DNA of 64,000 bases from Macrostomum lignano (GCA_002269645.1 NIVC01001383.1:116606-180605), one strand, 5' to 3'; positions 12,064-24,230 are shown, numbered from the stretch's first letter. A program made the numbers and translations. Notes: a model not told the origin generated them from the letters alone.

Positions 12064-12700
12064 TCTGGATAATCCCTCTATTCATCTGGATAATCCCTCT
12101 ATTCATCTGGATAATCCCTCTATCCATCTTGATAATCCCTCTATCCATCTGGATAATCCCTCTATTCATCTGGATAATCCCTCTATTCATCTGGATAATC
12201 CCTCTATTCATCTGGATAATCCCTCTATTCATCTGGATAATCCCTCTATTCATCTGGATAATCCCTCTATTCATCTGGATAATCCCTCTATTCATCTGGA
12301 TAATCCCTCTATTAATCTGGATAATCCCTCTATTCATTTGGATGATCCCTCTATTCATTAGCATAATCCCTCTATCCATCTGGATAATCCCTCTATTCAT
12401 TTGGATAATCCCTCTATCCATTAGGATAATCCCTCTATTCATTAGGATAATCCTATCCATCTGGATAATCCCTCCATTCATTAGGATAATCCCTCTATCC
12501 TTCTGGATAATCCCTCTATTCATTTGGATAATCCCTCTATTCATCTGGATAATCCCTCTATTCATCTGGATAATCCCTCTATTCATTTGGATAATCCCTC
12601 TATCCATTAGGATAATCCTATCCATCTGGATAATCCCTCCATTCATTAGGATAATCCCTATATTCTTCTGGATAATCCTTCTATTCATCTAGAAATCTTC
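12064..12700. repeat. 21-bp minisatellite (CTGGATAATCCCTCTATTCAT), about 30 copies
   Basis: Direct periodicity; it gives the shadow ORFs IWIIPLF and MNRGIIQ. Confidence 0.97.
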
Positions 12701-13025
12701 TATCCACCTGGAAAACCAATCTGGAAAATTATGTTAATCTAAGATTGAAACTTTAAAAAATCAATCTTCTACATAGCCCAACTCTAATGCTTCCCAGTGA
12801 CGCAAATTATCCAAATGAAAAACCAAGGCAGACCAGTAGCCGCAAAATGCAGAAGCCAAATGGCGCTCTTAAGTTCAAAACAGGTGAGCAGGTTAAGCTT
12901 TGCGCAAACACTGGAGCACCGCTGAGCTGCTGTGAGCCGAGCGCAGAGCGGCTTTGCAGTACGTGACCAATTATCGATTTGGCTGTTTGCCCGGTAGCAG
13001 AATTGATTTTGCCGACTTCTCGGCT

Positions 13026-13026
<1 letters not shown>

Positions 13027-13093
<67 letters not shown>
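13027..13093. repeat. (GA)n microsatellite
   Basis: Direct observation. Confidence 0.98.
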
Positions 13094-13095
<2 letters not shown>

Positions 13096-13218
13096 GAAGC
13101 CCAGTGGTGAGACCAGGAATAATAAAAATCTAAGGAGCTGGACGGAGTTACTCGTAGGTTAATCTCCTTATGCGCAATAAATGACTGATGAGGAGTGCCT
13201 GGTATGCCAGTCAGACTC

Positions 13219-13733
13219 AGACAGACAGACAGACACTAAGACACTAAGACAGACAGACAGACAGACACTAAGACACTAAGACAGACAGACAGACAGACAC
13301 TAAGACACTAAGACACTAAGACACTAAGACAGACAGACAGACAGACAGACAGAAACTAAGGGCCTTTTCATATTACCAATTCCAGAACTAGAATCGGTTC
13401 GGAATTCTAAGAAAAACAGCAGTATAACTATTAAACTCTGTTAATATTTGACTGCCTTAACAACCTCACTTAGCACAATTTTTCACTTTCTTCTTGGCGA
13501 TTGTCATTCAATGATAAAAACTTTATAGCACGTATCTCCCTCTAGTTAAGGAGACAAAAAGTTATACTTCACAAATTGGTTCTGGTTCTGGAACCAGAAC
13601 AAGCAATATGAAAAGGCCCACAGACACTAAGACAGACAGACACTAAGACAGACAGACACTAAGACACTAAGACACTAAGACACTAAGACAGACAGACAGA
13701 CAGACACTAAGACACTAAGACAGACAGACACTA

Positions 13734-13766
<33 letters not shown>

Positions 13767-13785
13767 CTAAGACAGACAGACACTA

Positions 13786-13818
<33 letters not shown>

Positions 13819-14057
13819 CTAAGACAGACAGACAGACAGACACTAAGACACTAAGACACTAAGACAGACAGACAGACAGACACTAAGACACTAAGACAGA
13901 CAGACAGACAGACAGACAGACACTAAGACACTAAGACACTAAGACAGACAGACAGACAGACAGACACTAAGACAGACAGACAGACAGACACTAAGACACT
14001 AAGACACTAAGACAGACAGACAGACAGACAGACAGACACTAAGACAGACAGACACTA

Positions 14058-14090
<33 letters not shown>

Positions 14091-14188
14091 CTAAGACAGA
14101 CAGACAGACAGACACTAAGACACTAAGACAGACAGACAGACACTAAGACAGACAGACAGACAGACACTAAGACAGACAGACGGACAGA
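13219..14188. repeat. (GACA)n microsatellite punctuated by CACTAA and interrupted by a MITE
   Basis: Direct observation; the same GACA/CACTAA mix recurs at 45725-46565. Confidence 0.96.
13360..13619. mobile_element. 260-bp MITE with 15-bp TIRs (GGGCCTTTTCATATT), possibly PIF/Harbinger-like
   Basis: gggccttttcatatt (13360-13374) and aatatgaaaaggccc (13605-13619) are perfect inverted copies, with a further subterminal match (ttccagaac[t/c]agaa). TAA lies on the left flank; no TSD is preserved on the right. Confidence 0.6.
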
Positions 14189-14744
14189 CTGCTGCAGTTA
14201 TTCCCCAGCCTGCCCACTCGCAGCACTCAGCCATAATTGAAGGTGACATTGCGGATCCTGCCTGGTGGGGGCTGCATAATCCAATCTGGGCATTCTCGGT
14301 CCCAACCCGCCCCTCCTTGAGCCTTCAGTAGGCGAGCTTTCGGACACAGCAAATGAGCAGAGTCAGGCGGGCTGTTAGGCTGAAGAGCTGTCTCTCATTG
14401 AACTCTGAGGCGGTGCAGGGTAGAGAAAGTGCCCAAGCTCGATGACTGACGACCAGAGAAGAAGATCGATGAAGTGCTTCAGTTCTTCTCCACAATTCCC
14501 TGGAGACTGCAGCTGAGGAAACTGCTATCTGTTGTTGTCTTTTTGGTAACAAGTGTTGCAAAAGCGGCAAAGTACATTTGAGGGGGCGGCCATTTTGGGG
14601 GAGCTTTAAAAATTTAGAGAAAAACACTAACGGCTTGACAGATAGCGGATGCCCGAGTGTCCAGCAGCCATCAGCAGGTCTGAGAGACAGCACTACCAGT
14701 TAGGATGGACACTAAAACTGATACTATCATACATTAGGACAAAC

Positions 14745-14965
14745 GCTAGGACAGACAGACACGAAGACATACATTGGGACAGGCACTGAGACAGGCACTA
14801 GGACAGACACACTAAGAAGGACACTAGGACAGATACTAAAACAGACACTAGAACAGGCACTAAGACAGACACTGGGACAGACACTAGGACAGGCACTTGG
14901 ACAGACACTGGGACAGACACTAGGACAGACACTAAGACAGACACTAGGACAGACACTAGGACAAG
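14745..14965. repeat. ~12-bp repeat (TAGGACAGACAC) related to the GACA/CACTAA family
   Basis: Direct observation. Confidence 0.85.
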
Positions 14966-15289
14966 GGGGCAGACAATTGACAGGATCACTTTGCCCAAGA
15001 AAAATGCATTTTACATTCCCGCTGCTTTTTCGAGATGCCACCAATTTTCGTCTGCCAGGAAGGAAATTTTTTTAAATCCTCGAAAATTCTTCACTGAATA
15101 GCCGTCTACGAACTGGTAGAAATTTGAAAGTTGCACTTTAAGCGCAGAGAAATTTTCTTCTTGTCCATCATCGTTGCCGCAGCTTGGCCAAAAATTTTCT
15201 AAACGAAAATATCTTTCAACAAATTTGCTAGCGTTCCCCTGGGATTCGGGCCGCACCAGCACTGATGGCTTCAGCTTCTCCATGCTTCT

Positions 15290-18060
15290 CCACATCCCCC
15301 CTGTCTACAGCAGATCCGCCCCCTGTCTACAGCAGATCCGCCCCCTGTCTACAGTAGATCCGCCCCCTGTCTACAGCAAATCCGCCCCCATCTACACAGC
15401 AAATCCGCCCCCTGTCTACAGCAGATCCGCCCCCTGTCTACAGCAGATCCGCCCCCTGTCTACAGCAAATCCGCCCCCATCTACACAGCAAATCCGCCCC
15501 CTGTCTACAGCAGATCCGCCCCCTGTCTACAGCAGATGCCGCCCCATCTTTACAGCAGATCCACCCCATCTCTACTGCAAATCCGCCCCATATCTACAGC
15601 AGATCCGCCCCCTGTCTACAGCAAATCCGCCCCCATCTACACAGCAAATCCGCCCCCTGTCTACAGCAGATCCGCCCCCTGTCTACAGCAGATGCCGCCC
15701 CCTGTCTACAGCAGATCCGCGCCCTGTCTACATCAAATCCGCCCCCTGTCTACAGCAGATCCACCCCCTGTCTACAGCAGATCCGCCCCTGTCTACAGCA
15801 GATGCCGCCCCCTGTCTACAGCAGATCCGCCCCCTGTCTACATCAAATCCGCCCCCATCTACACAGCAGATCCGCCCCCTGTCTACAACAGATCCGCCCC
15901 CTGTCTACAGCTGATCCGCCCCCTGTCTACAGCAGATCCGCCCCCTGTCTACAGCAGATGCCGCCCCCTGTCTACAGCAGATCCGCCCCTGTCTACATCA
16001 AATCCGCCCCCATCTACACAGCAAATCCGCCCCCTGTCTACAGCAAATCCGCCCCCTGTCTACAGCAGATCCGCCCCCTGTCTACAGCAGATGCCGCCCC
16101 CTGTCTACAGCAGATCCGCCCCCTGTCTACAGCAGATCCGCCCCCTGTCTACAGCAGATCCGCCCCCTGTCTACAGCAGATCCGCCCCCTGTCTACAGCA
16201 GATGCCGCCCCCTGTCTACAGCAGATCCGCCTCCTGTCTACATCAAATCCGCCCCCATCTACACAGCAGATCCGCCCCCTGTCTACAACAGATCCGCCCC
16301 CTGTCTACAGCTGATCCGCCCCCTGTCTACAGCAGATCCGCCCCCTGTCTACAGCAGATCCGCCCCCTGTCTACAGCAGATGCCGCCCCATCTTTACAGC
16401 AGATCCGCCCATCTCTACTGCAAATCCGCCCCATATCTACAACAGATCCGCCCCCTGTCTACAGCTGATCCGCCCCTGTCTACAGCAGATCCACCCCCTG
16501 TCTACAGCAGATCCGCCCCCTGTCTACAGCAGATGCCGCCCCATCTTTACAGCAGATCCGCCCATCTCTACTGCAAATCCGCCCCATATCTACAGCAGAT
16601 CCGCCCCCTGTCTACAGCAGATCCGCCCCCTGTCTACAGCAGATCCGCCCCTGTCTACAGCAGATCCGCCCCCTGTCTACAGCAGATCCGCCCCCTGTCT
16701 ACAGCAGATCCGCCCCCTGTCTACAGCAGATGCCGCCCCCTGTCTACAGCAGATCCGCCTCCTGTCTACATCAAATCCGCCCCCATCTACACAGCAGATC
16801 CGCCCCCTGTCTACAGCAGATCCGCCCCCTGTCTACAGCAGATGCCGCCCCCTGTCTACAGCAGATCCGCCTCCTGTCTACATCAAATCCGCCCCCATCT
16901 ACACAGCAGATCCGCCCCCTGTCTACAACAGATCCGCCCCCTGTCTACAGCTGATCCGCCCCCTGTCTACAGCAGATCCGCCCCCTGTCTACAGCAGATC
17001 CGCCCCCTGTCTACAGCAGATGCCGCCCCATCTTTACAGCAGATCCGCCCATCTCTACTGCAAATCCGCCCCATATCTACAACAGATCCGCCCCCTGTCT
17101 ACAGCTGATCCGCCCCCTGTCTACAGCAGATCCACCCCCTGTCTACAGCAGATCCGCCCCTGTCTACAGCAGATGCCGCCCCATCTTTACAGCAGATCCG
17201 CCCATCTCTACTGCAAATCCGCCCCATATCTACAGCAGATCCGCCCCCTGTCTACAGCAGATCCGCCCCCTGTCTACAGCAGATCCGCCCCCTGTCTACA
17301 GCAGATCCGCCCCCTGTCTACAGCAGATCCGCCCCCTGTCTACAGCAGATCCGCCCCTGTCTACAGCAGATGCCGCCCCCTGTCTACAGCAGATCCGCCT
17401 CCTGTCTACATCAAATCCGCCCCCATCTACACAGCAGATCCGCCCCCTGTCTACAACAGATCCGCCCCCTGTCTACAGCTGATCCGCCCCCTGTCTACAG
17501 CAGATCCGCCCCCTGTCTACAGCAGATCCGCCCCCTGTCTACAGCAGATGCCGCCCCATCTTTACAGCAGATCCGCCCATCTCTACTGCAAATCCGCCCC
17601 ATATCTACAACAGATCCGCCCCCTGTCTACAGCTGATCCGCCCCCTGTCTACAGCAGATCCACCCCCTGTCTACAGCAGATCCGCCCCCTGTCTACAGCA
17701 GATGCCGCCCCATCTTTACAGCAGATCCGCCCATCTCTACTGCAAATCCGCCCCATATCTACAGCAGATCCGCCCCCTGTCTACAGCAGATCCGCCCCCT
17801 GTCTACAGCAGATCCGCCCCCTGTCTACAGCAGATCCGCCCCCTGTCTACAGCAGATCCGCCCCCTGTCTACAGCAGATCCGCCCCCTGTCTACAGCAGA
17901 TCCGCCCCCTGTCTACAGCAGATCCGCCCCCTGTCTACAGCAGATCCGCCCCCTGTCTACAGCAGATCCGCCCCCTGTCTACAGCAGATCCGCCCCCTGT
18001 CTACAGCAGATCCGCCCCCTGTCTACAGCAGATCCGCCCCCTGTCTACAGCTGATCCGCC
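15290..18060. repeat. 22-bp minisatellite (CAGATCCGCCCCCTGTCTACAG), about 125 copies, with a ~640-bp higher-order block, ending about 10 nt from the GPCR acceptor
   Basis: Periodicity of 22. Identical variant blocks occur at 16380/17020 and 16730/17370. Confidence 0.98.
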
Positions 18061-18071
18061 CCAACCCGCAG

Positions 18072-18843
18072 GAGTCCGCCACCCGATGCTGCGCCGCCGG
18101 TTCTGCACCATGCGCAGCGCCCGCCGCATCATATTCCTGATCGTGACTGTCTGCTACATCCTCTGCCTGTGGAAGCCGTTCATGCATGTCACTCAGCGAT
18201 CCGGCGACGGTTTCCGCTGCGGCCAGCGGCCCAGCGTCAGCACCCGTCTGCTATTCGTCCTGGACACGTCCTACGCCGCCATGCTGACCATCGTGCCGTC
18301 GGTCCTGCTGTTCATCTTCAACTCGCTGATCTCCCGCCACCTGCTCATTGTCCGCCGGTCGCGTTCTTGCATGAATCACGACGTTGTTGGTCACCAGTTC
18401 GCTTTCCTGCTAGTGCTGGTGTCCACCACCTTCCTGGTTCTCACCTGGCCCTATTACCTGTGCTGGGTGACCAATTTCATAATTAAATTCAACATCAAGT
18501 CGGACCTGTCGACTTCGTTGAGCTTCGAGAATGCAATGGTCGGCCTGAACCAGTGGCGCCTGGGCAATGCTATCTACATCACCAAGACTCTCTACTACAT
18601 GACCTATAGCGTCAACTTCTTCCTGTACTCCTACGCTAGTAATTACTTTCGCAGCGAGATGAAGCGAATGTTCACCGTTCGCCGGCGCAGGGAGAAATCG
18701 AACAGGTTCTACCAGGCTTCGACTCAGGCTTATCAGCTCAGCCTGCCGGCTTCTGACAGCAACGGGCGACGGAGCACGTATTCGGGCCTGCTGGACCGCT
18801 ACAGGAAGATCACTATCAAAAGGATGCCAACAATGCGTAAGCC

Positions 18844-18889
<46 letters not shown>

Positions 18890-18961
18890 GTTCCAGAGAT
18901 GGTGCCCATGATGGAGCTGGGAAGCAACGCCGACTCGCAGGGCATCCACCCGATCGATTGA
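18072..18961 (+). CDS. Class A peptide GPCR, coding exon 2 (ICL2 to TM7 and C-tail with Q15)
   Basis: Acceptor cccgcag| at 18071. Splicing gives ERYIG-VRHPML (the ERYxAVxHP pattern). ECL2 Cys, TM6 FLVLTWPY, TM7 VNFFLY (NFxLY variant typical of FMRFamide/myosuppressin-type receptors), helix 8 FRSEM, stop TGA. 439+890 nt = 442 aa. Confidence 0.93.
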
Positions 18962-18989
18962 GACTCAGTATCAAGCTGCTTCAAAATTC

Positions 18990-19490
18990 GTCTGTATCCC
19001 ATCCAAATCATTTCTATCCCAGCCAGATCGTCTCCATCCCATCCAGATTGTCTCTATCCCATCCAGCCTGTGTCTATCCCATCCAGCTTGTCTCTATCCC
19101 ATCCAGCCTGTGTCTATCCCATCCAGCTTGTCTCTATCCCATCCAGCTCATCTCTATCCCATTCAGCTCGTCTCTATCCCATCCAGCCTGTGTCTATCCC
19201 ATCCAGCTTCTCTCTATCCCATCCAGCTCGTCTCTATCCCATCCAGCTCGTCTCTATCCCATCCAGCTTCTCTCTATCCCATCTAGATTATCTCTATCCC
19301 ATCCAGATCATCTCTAACCCATCCAGCTTCTCTCTATCCCATCCAGCTCGTCTCTATCCCATCCAGCTTCTCTCTATCCCATCCAGCTCGTCTCTATCCC
19401 ATCCAGCTCGTCTCTATCCCATCCAGCTTCTCTCTATCCCATCTAGATCATCTCTATCCCATCCAGATCATCTCTATCCCATTCAGATCA
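18990..19490. repeat. 20-bp minisatellite (TCTCTATCCCATCCAGCT..) in the probable GPCR 3' UTR
   Basis: Starts about 30 nt after the stop; about 25 copies. Confidence 0.96.
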
Positions 19491-19556
19491 TCTGTCTAGC
19501 TATCAAACTTCATCTGTTTCAATTCCAAACGTTTATTTTTTCAGAAACAATTTGAA

Positions 19557-19562
19557 AATAAA
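19557..19562 (+). promoter_or_regulatory. Candidate polyadenylation signal (AATAAA) of the GPCR
   Basis: First AATAAA seen after the stop codon; the position is suggestive only. Confidence 0.45.
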
Positions 19563-19877
19563 TATTCTCTGGACTCAGTTACAAGTACATGTAATGCTAA
19601 GATCATTTGCCGATCAAAATGTACACCCATCTGGATATTGAATTGTATTTTTTGGTAACAGTTCACTTTGCAGTCGAAATTCACGCGTAAATTCACGCAA
19701 CGGATTTATTGAGCCAATTAACGAAGAGTAATTCAATTGTATATTTTGTTATTCTACTCCGTTGCTGTTCCGTGTTTTGTTTTCAACCACTCGTCACCTC
19801 TTTTAAACTGTTTAAAATTCAGATAAAACTATCATTCCAATAGCATTCAATCTGACTTATTTTTCCAGGAATTTCAG

Positions 19878-20630
19878 GAACCCCTCCTCACCAGCAACCC
19901 CTCCTCACCAGCAACCCCTCCTCACCAGCAACCCCTCCTCCTCACCAGCAACCCCTCCTCCTCACCAGCAACCCCTCCTCCACACCAGCAACCCCTCCTC
20001 CTCACCAGCAACCCCTCCTCAACACCAGCAACCCCTCCTCCTCACCAGCAACCCCTCCTCCACACCAGCAACCCCTCCTCCACACCAGCAACCCCTCCTC
20101 CTCACCAGCAACCCCTCCTCCACACCAGCAACTCCTCCTCCTCACCAGCAACCCCTCCTCCCCACCAGCAACCCCTCCTCCACACCAGCAACCCCTCCTC
20201 CACACCAGCAACCCCTCCTCCACACCAGCAACCCCTCCTCCTCACCAGCAACCCCTCCTCAACACCAGCAACCCCTCCTCCTCACCAGCAACCCCTCCTC
20301 CACACCAGCAACCCCTCCTCCACACCAGCAACCCCTCCTCCTCACCAGCAACCCCTCCTCCACACCAGCAACCCTCCTCCACACCAGCAACCCCTCCTCC
20401 TCACCAGCAACCCCTCCTCCACACCAGCAACCCCTCCTCCACACCAGCAACCCCTCCTCCTCACCAGCAACCCCTCCTCCACACCAGCAACCCCTCCTCC
20501 TCACCAGCAACCCCTCCTCCACACCAGCAACCCCTCCTCCACACCAGCAACCCCTCCTCCTCACCAGCAACTCCTCCTCACCAGCAACTCCTCCTCCTCA
20601 CCAGCAACCCCTCCTCAGCACCAAAAACCC
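19878..20630. repeat. 20-bp minisatellite (CACCAGCAACCCCTCCTCCT), about 37 copies
   Basis: Direct periodicity. Confidence 0.97.
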
Positions 20631-21348
20631 CTCCTTCACACGCCTATACCCACAAACAACCCCACCCAATCCAAAATCCGTTGTCATTAAAACAGATTCG
20701 TTCTGTATTATAGCGATACTATTATTTTACAGTAGTAAATATACACCTAAGTTCTGCAATTGCACCACTGTTGCGCCACGGTGTATAAAAAGTAATAAAA
20801 CGCACGCAAGCGAAGTTTTACAGTTTTTTTAAACTAAATCGTTTTAGCACCTGACTGTATACTTTGTAAGCTATGATCGTTTAATCATTTTTTTCTTTGT
20901 TCAAAATAATTTCGTATCTTTCCTACGCGAATTTTTCTCTTTTTAATCCGTCAGTCCTCGGTTGAAGGCAATTTAATGATACGAACTTATTTATTTGTGT
21001 AATAGATGTAATAAAATTTTATTCTTATTCAAATTCAACTATGTTTTGCAGTAAAGATTTGTCAGTCTGTCAGTCTGTGAGCGCTGTAAACACACACTAA
21101 CTATAAATAGTATTTTCCTTATTGAGAAATATACAACCGCAACCTTATATAGCCATTGATAAATCCTTTTGCTTGGCTTGGTTTCTGATTGGACTTGCTG
21201 TGGGATTCCCATACGGGGATTAACTGGATCTTCGTGCTTCGCCATCCAAGCGACACAGAAGATATGGGAAGTGGCGATCCAACTTCTACAATACAAAAAA
21301 TGGTCAAAATGCTTATTCTTTGGTAATAAATAATACTCGTATACATTA

Positions 21349-22977
21349 CACCATTTTACCCTCGATTTTGAACAAGGAGAACTTCGAAACCGACAAACTC
21401 CTCTTCAATATTGACACTCTATGTTTGGGCACTCAAAATCTACAATCAATATTGACAGATCAAGCTTCAATTTTGACAAACTCTGGTTCAATACTGACAA
21501 TACACATTTAGTCAACTTGTCCTTGGAGAAATCGGTAACAAACTAATCCAATGAAAGCCTGAACGGGGCGAAAGTTATCTGTGCAAAATCAGCTCATTCT
21601 GACTTTGCTTTTGGGATCTACAAGTATTGATAAAATTTATTTTTCTCCATCCTCTTACACACAGAGACTAAAATAGCCTGACTGGTTGGGCCGCAAAGTC
21701 CGATTCTATTTTGACAGAGTTGCTTCAAAACTGACACTCTATGGTTTGTGTACCCCGAAAGTCCGCTTCATTTTTGACAACTCCTAATCAATATTGAACA
21801 TTTTACAATCAGTTTTGACTGCTACCTTATTACTTCTGTTCTTGGTTGTGTATGTTTCAGAAAAAAAGCCATAAACACGTAGCATTGTTAATGATTCAAA
21901 AGAAGTATTGTACCCATATTTTTAAAAAGCACACATTTGTTAGATTTCTAGGTTAGGTTAGATATCTGGACATGGGCGGCGGGAGCTTGCGACACCCCCT
22001 GCACGATTTTATGTGCCGTGGGCCTCCTCCTCTTTATCCCCAACTGATTCGCCAGGTGCACAAAGTCGTCTCTCGGTTCTCATAAGCAGAAATCAGGCGC
22101 TGTCGGTCCTGGAAGGACACAGACCGATTTTTGCGGCGGCCATGCTGTTTCTGCTCCTCTTCAAAAAACCTTAAGTGGCGTCGCTATCAATCATCCTGAC
22201 TAAATTAGTTCTTCAGATTAGCGATTAAAAGTGACAAACACGAGCAGAGCGAGAACAGCTTTCCTGCTCTTTTTAATTCCTCCGTGACAAGATGTGCATG
22301 TTGGTCTAAACAACCATCTATGATAAAACTGAAGCAGTAGCCAATTAGATTCGAGGCGCAGGCTGCCTCAAGACAAAAAACAAACTGCCTATCAGCGTTC
22401 AAAGCCTTCTGAACACTGGTACTGCCATAGACAAGACTGCCTCGAAATTTCTAAGCTTAACGATTCTTAGTTAGAAGTGTCAAAATCTTAGGCAAAAAGT
22501 CTCTTGGTCAAAACTGATTGTAAAATGTTCAATATTGAATAGCAGTTGTCAAAAATGAAGCGGACTTTCGGGGTACACAAACCATAGAGTGTCAGTTTTG
22601 AAGCAACTCTGTCAAAATAGAATCGGACTTTGCGGCCCAACCAGTCAGGCTATTTTAGTCTCTGTGTGTAAGAGGATGGAGAAAAATAAATTTTATCAAT
22701 ACTTGTAGATCCCAAAAGCAAAGTCAGAATGAGCTGATTTTGCACAGATAACTTTCGCCCCGTTCAGGCTTTCATTGGATTAGTTTGTTACCGATTTCTC
22801 CAAGGACAAGTTGACTAAATGTTTATTGTCAGTATTGAACCAGAGTTTGTCAAAATTGAAGCTTGATCTGTCAATATTGATTGTAGATTTTGAGTGCCCA
22901 AACATAGAGTGTCAATATTGAAGAGGAGTTTGTCGGTTTCGAAGTTCTCCTTGTTCAAAATCGAGGGTAAAATGGTG
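21349..22977 (-). mobile_element. Foldback-like DNA transposon: 471-bp inverted arms, TA flanks, and a spacer with a Tc1/IS630-like N-terminal HTH relic
   Basis: Arms 21349-21819 and 22507-22977 are reverse complements with about 3 mismatches. TA at 21347-21348 and 22978-22979. The minus strand at about 22140-22000 reads SFQDRQRLISAYENR-(2-nt slip)-DDFVHLANQLGIKRRRPTAHKIV. Confidence 0.85.
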
Positions 22978-23139
22978 TAGAAACATTGCTATGCGCTTTC
23001 GTCTATGGCATTAGTTGGCGCCGGAAGGAGGGGGAGAGTGAGAATGGGGGTGTGGGGGCGAAGCCCTCACTTTCTACAATGAAATTTAAATAAATTTTGT
23101 ATTTTATTCGTCTGTATAAATCGTCTGTATAGGTAGCGC

Positions 23140-23580
23140 GCTACCTATCGAGGCGTCGTGATCGCAGTTTGTATAGGGCATCTCTGGCTGTGGATCAGGC
23201 GCTGAATCATGCAGTTTCCGAAACTAATGTAAATAAGATCGTTAAGCTAGCTCGTCCAAAATCCAATCACAATAAGCGAGGCTACGATGGAGGAATGTGC
23301 GGATGTTTATCAAGAGCCTGTCCAGACCGACGGCGCACTACGTGTGCAGGCTGCTCCGTCAAAGAAGATGAAAGTGACCATTGGCGGCAGTCGCAATCTG
23401 ATCGATATTCTTTTTGAGTGACGTTTCTGTGTAGGCCTGGTATTAACTGATTAACATACGATTTCTTTGTTGAACAGTTTTTGATGTTTTTCTAACATAA
23501 AAAAATAAAATTTACCCTTTGTTATTGTTTAAACTGTCGTTGCGTGTTAATGTCCAAAATGACATTAACACGCATCCCAC
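23140..23580 (+). pseudogene. Possible piggyBac-like transposase 3' relic (Cys-rich tail, AATAAA, terminal palindrome)
   Basis: The frame reads ...KRGYDGGM...RACPDRRRTTCAGCSVK, resembling the RYDG/RxxC..T..CxxCxV tail. A perfect 14-bp stem tgcgtgttaatgtc-caaaat-gacattaacacgca lies at 23541-23574. No TTAA-flanked terminus was seen. Confidence 0.3.
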
Positions 23581-23779
23581 GCGTGTTATTGTCACCAAAA
23601 GTGCATAGCAATGGAACCCACTTGATTGGCTTTACTGTCTATGGCCGAGTGCAACGGCTATTTGACCGGCATTCACAGTTTGATAAAGAGAAGTAGTTTT
23701 TGTAAGATCGTCATTTCCAGGTGAGTCCAAAAGTTGAAAATTACAGTAAAAAATAAAATACTTATTCGTTCTTTTAAAG

Positions 23780-24230
23780 AAATGCTGACTGCACAGAGTA
23801 ATGGACAAACTCTGCAACATTTCCTGGCTGCTGGGAGATTGGACATAGCCGAGGAACATGCACTGAGCAGAAGAGGAGAACCACGCAGAAGCAGCCTTGG
23901 CAGAGAAAGTAATAACTATATAGGCCAATATAAGCTTATCCCGCACCAAGAGGCCCGGAGAAGTGGCTGAGCCGCAAAGTTTGCGCTCTGGGAGAGAAGG
24001 ACAGTGAAAAAACTGAAAGCAGGACAAACAAAATATACGAGGCTAGAGGAACCGGGGCGGTGGCACAGCTGATGAAGCGACTTGGCACTGGACCAGTTTC
24101 ACTTCTGCTCGATAGCCAAGGCCCCAGGATTGGGCAAGCATTGATAAGAGGGCGAAAACTCCCATCCAGTCCGATGGGAGCAGCTGGCGGGGCATTAGAA
24201 TTTCTAATGAAGCTGGGAAGATGAAGCTGG
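23780..24230 (+). pseudogene. Possible non-LTR retrotransposon ORF2 3' relic
   Basis: QTLQHFL (resembling the His of a C-terminal CCHC motif) and a later frame ending ALEFLMKLGR*, followed by a short duplicated gaagctgggaag tail. Weak similarity, judged by eye. Confidence 0.3.

Noticed and set aside
12015-12692. Hydrophobic 225-aa ORF (IWIIPLF)n resembling a membrane protein
   Set aside because: It is a pure translation of a 21-bp intronic minisatellite with no splice or codon support. The same applies to the repeat ORFs at 15174-18054, 25377-26165, 36644-37665, 38685-40361, 40858-41905, 47181-48037 and 62262-63651.
17702-18071. N-terminal extension of the 419-aa ORF as GPCR coding sequence
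   Set aside because: This part is the 22-bp array; the true frame enters through the acceptor at 18071 and joins exon 1 in phase.
24066-24185. Hammerhead-ribozyme-like pieces (CTGATGA, GAAA, ctcccatc/gatgggag stem)
   Set aside because: Core elements are not in the required arrangement, stem II is missing and there is no NUH cleavage triplet.
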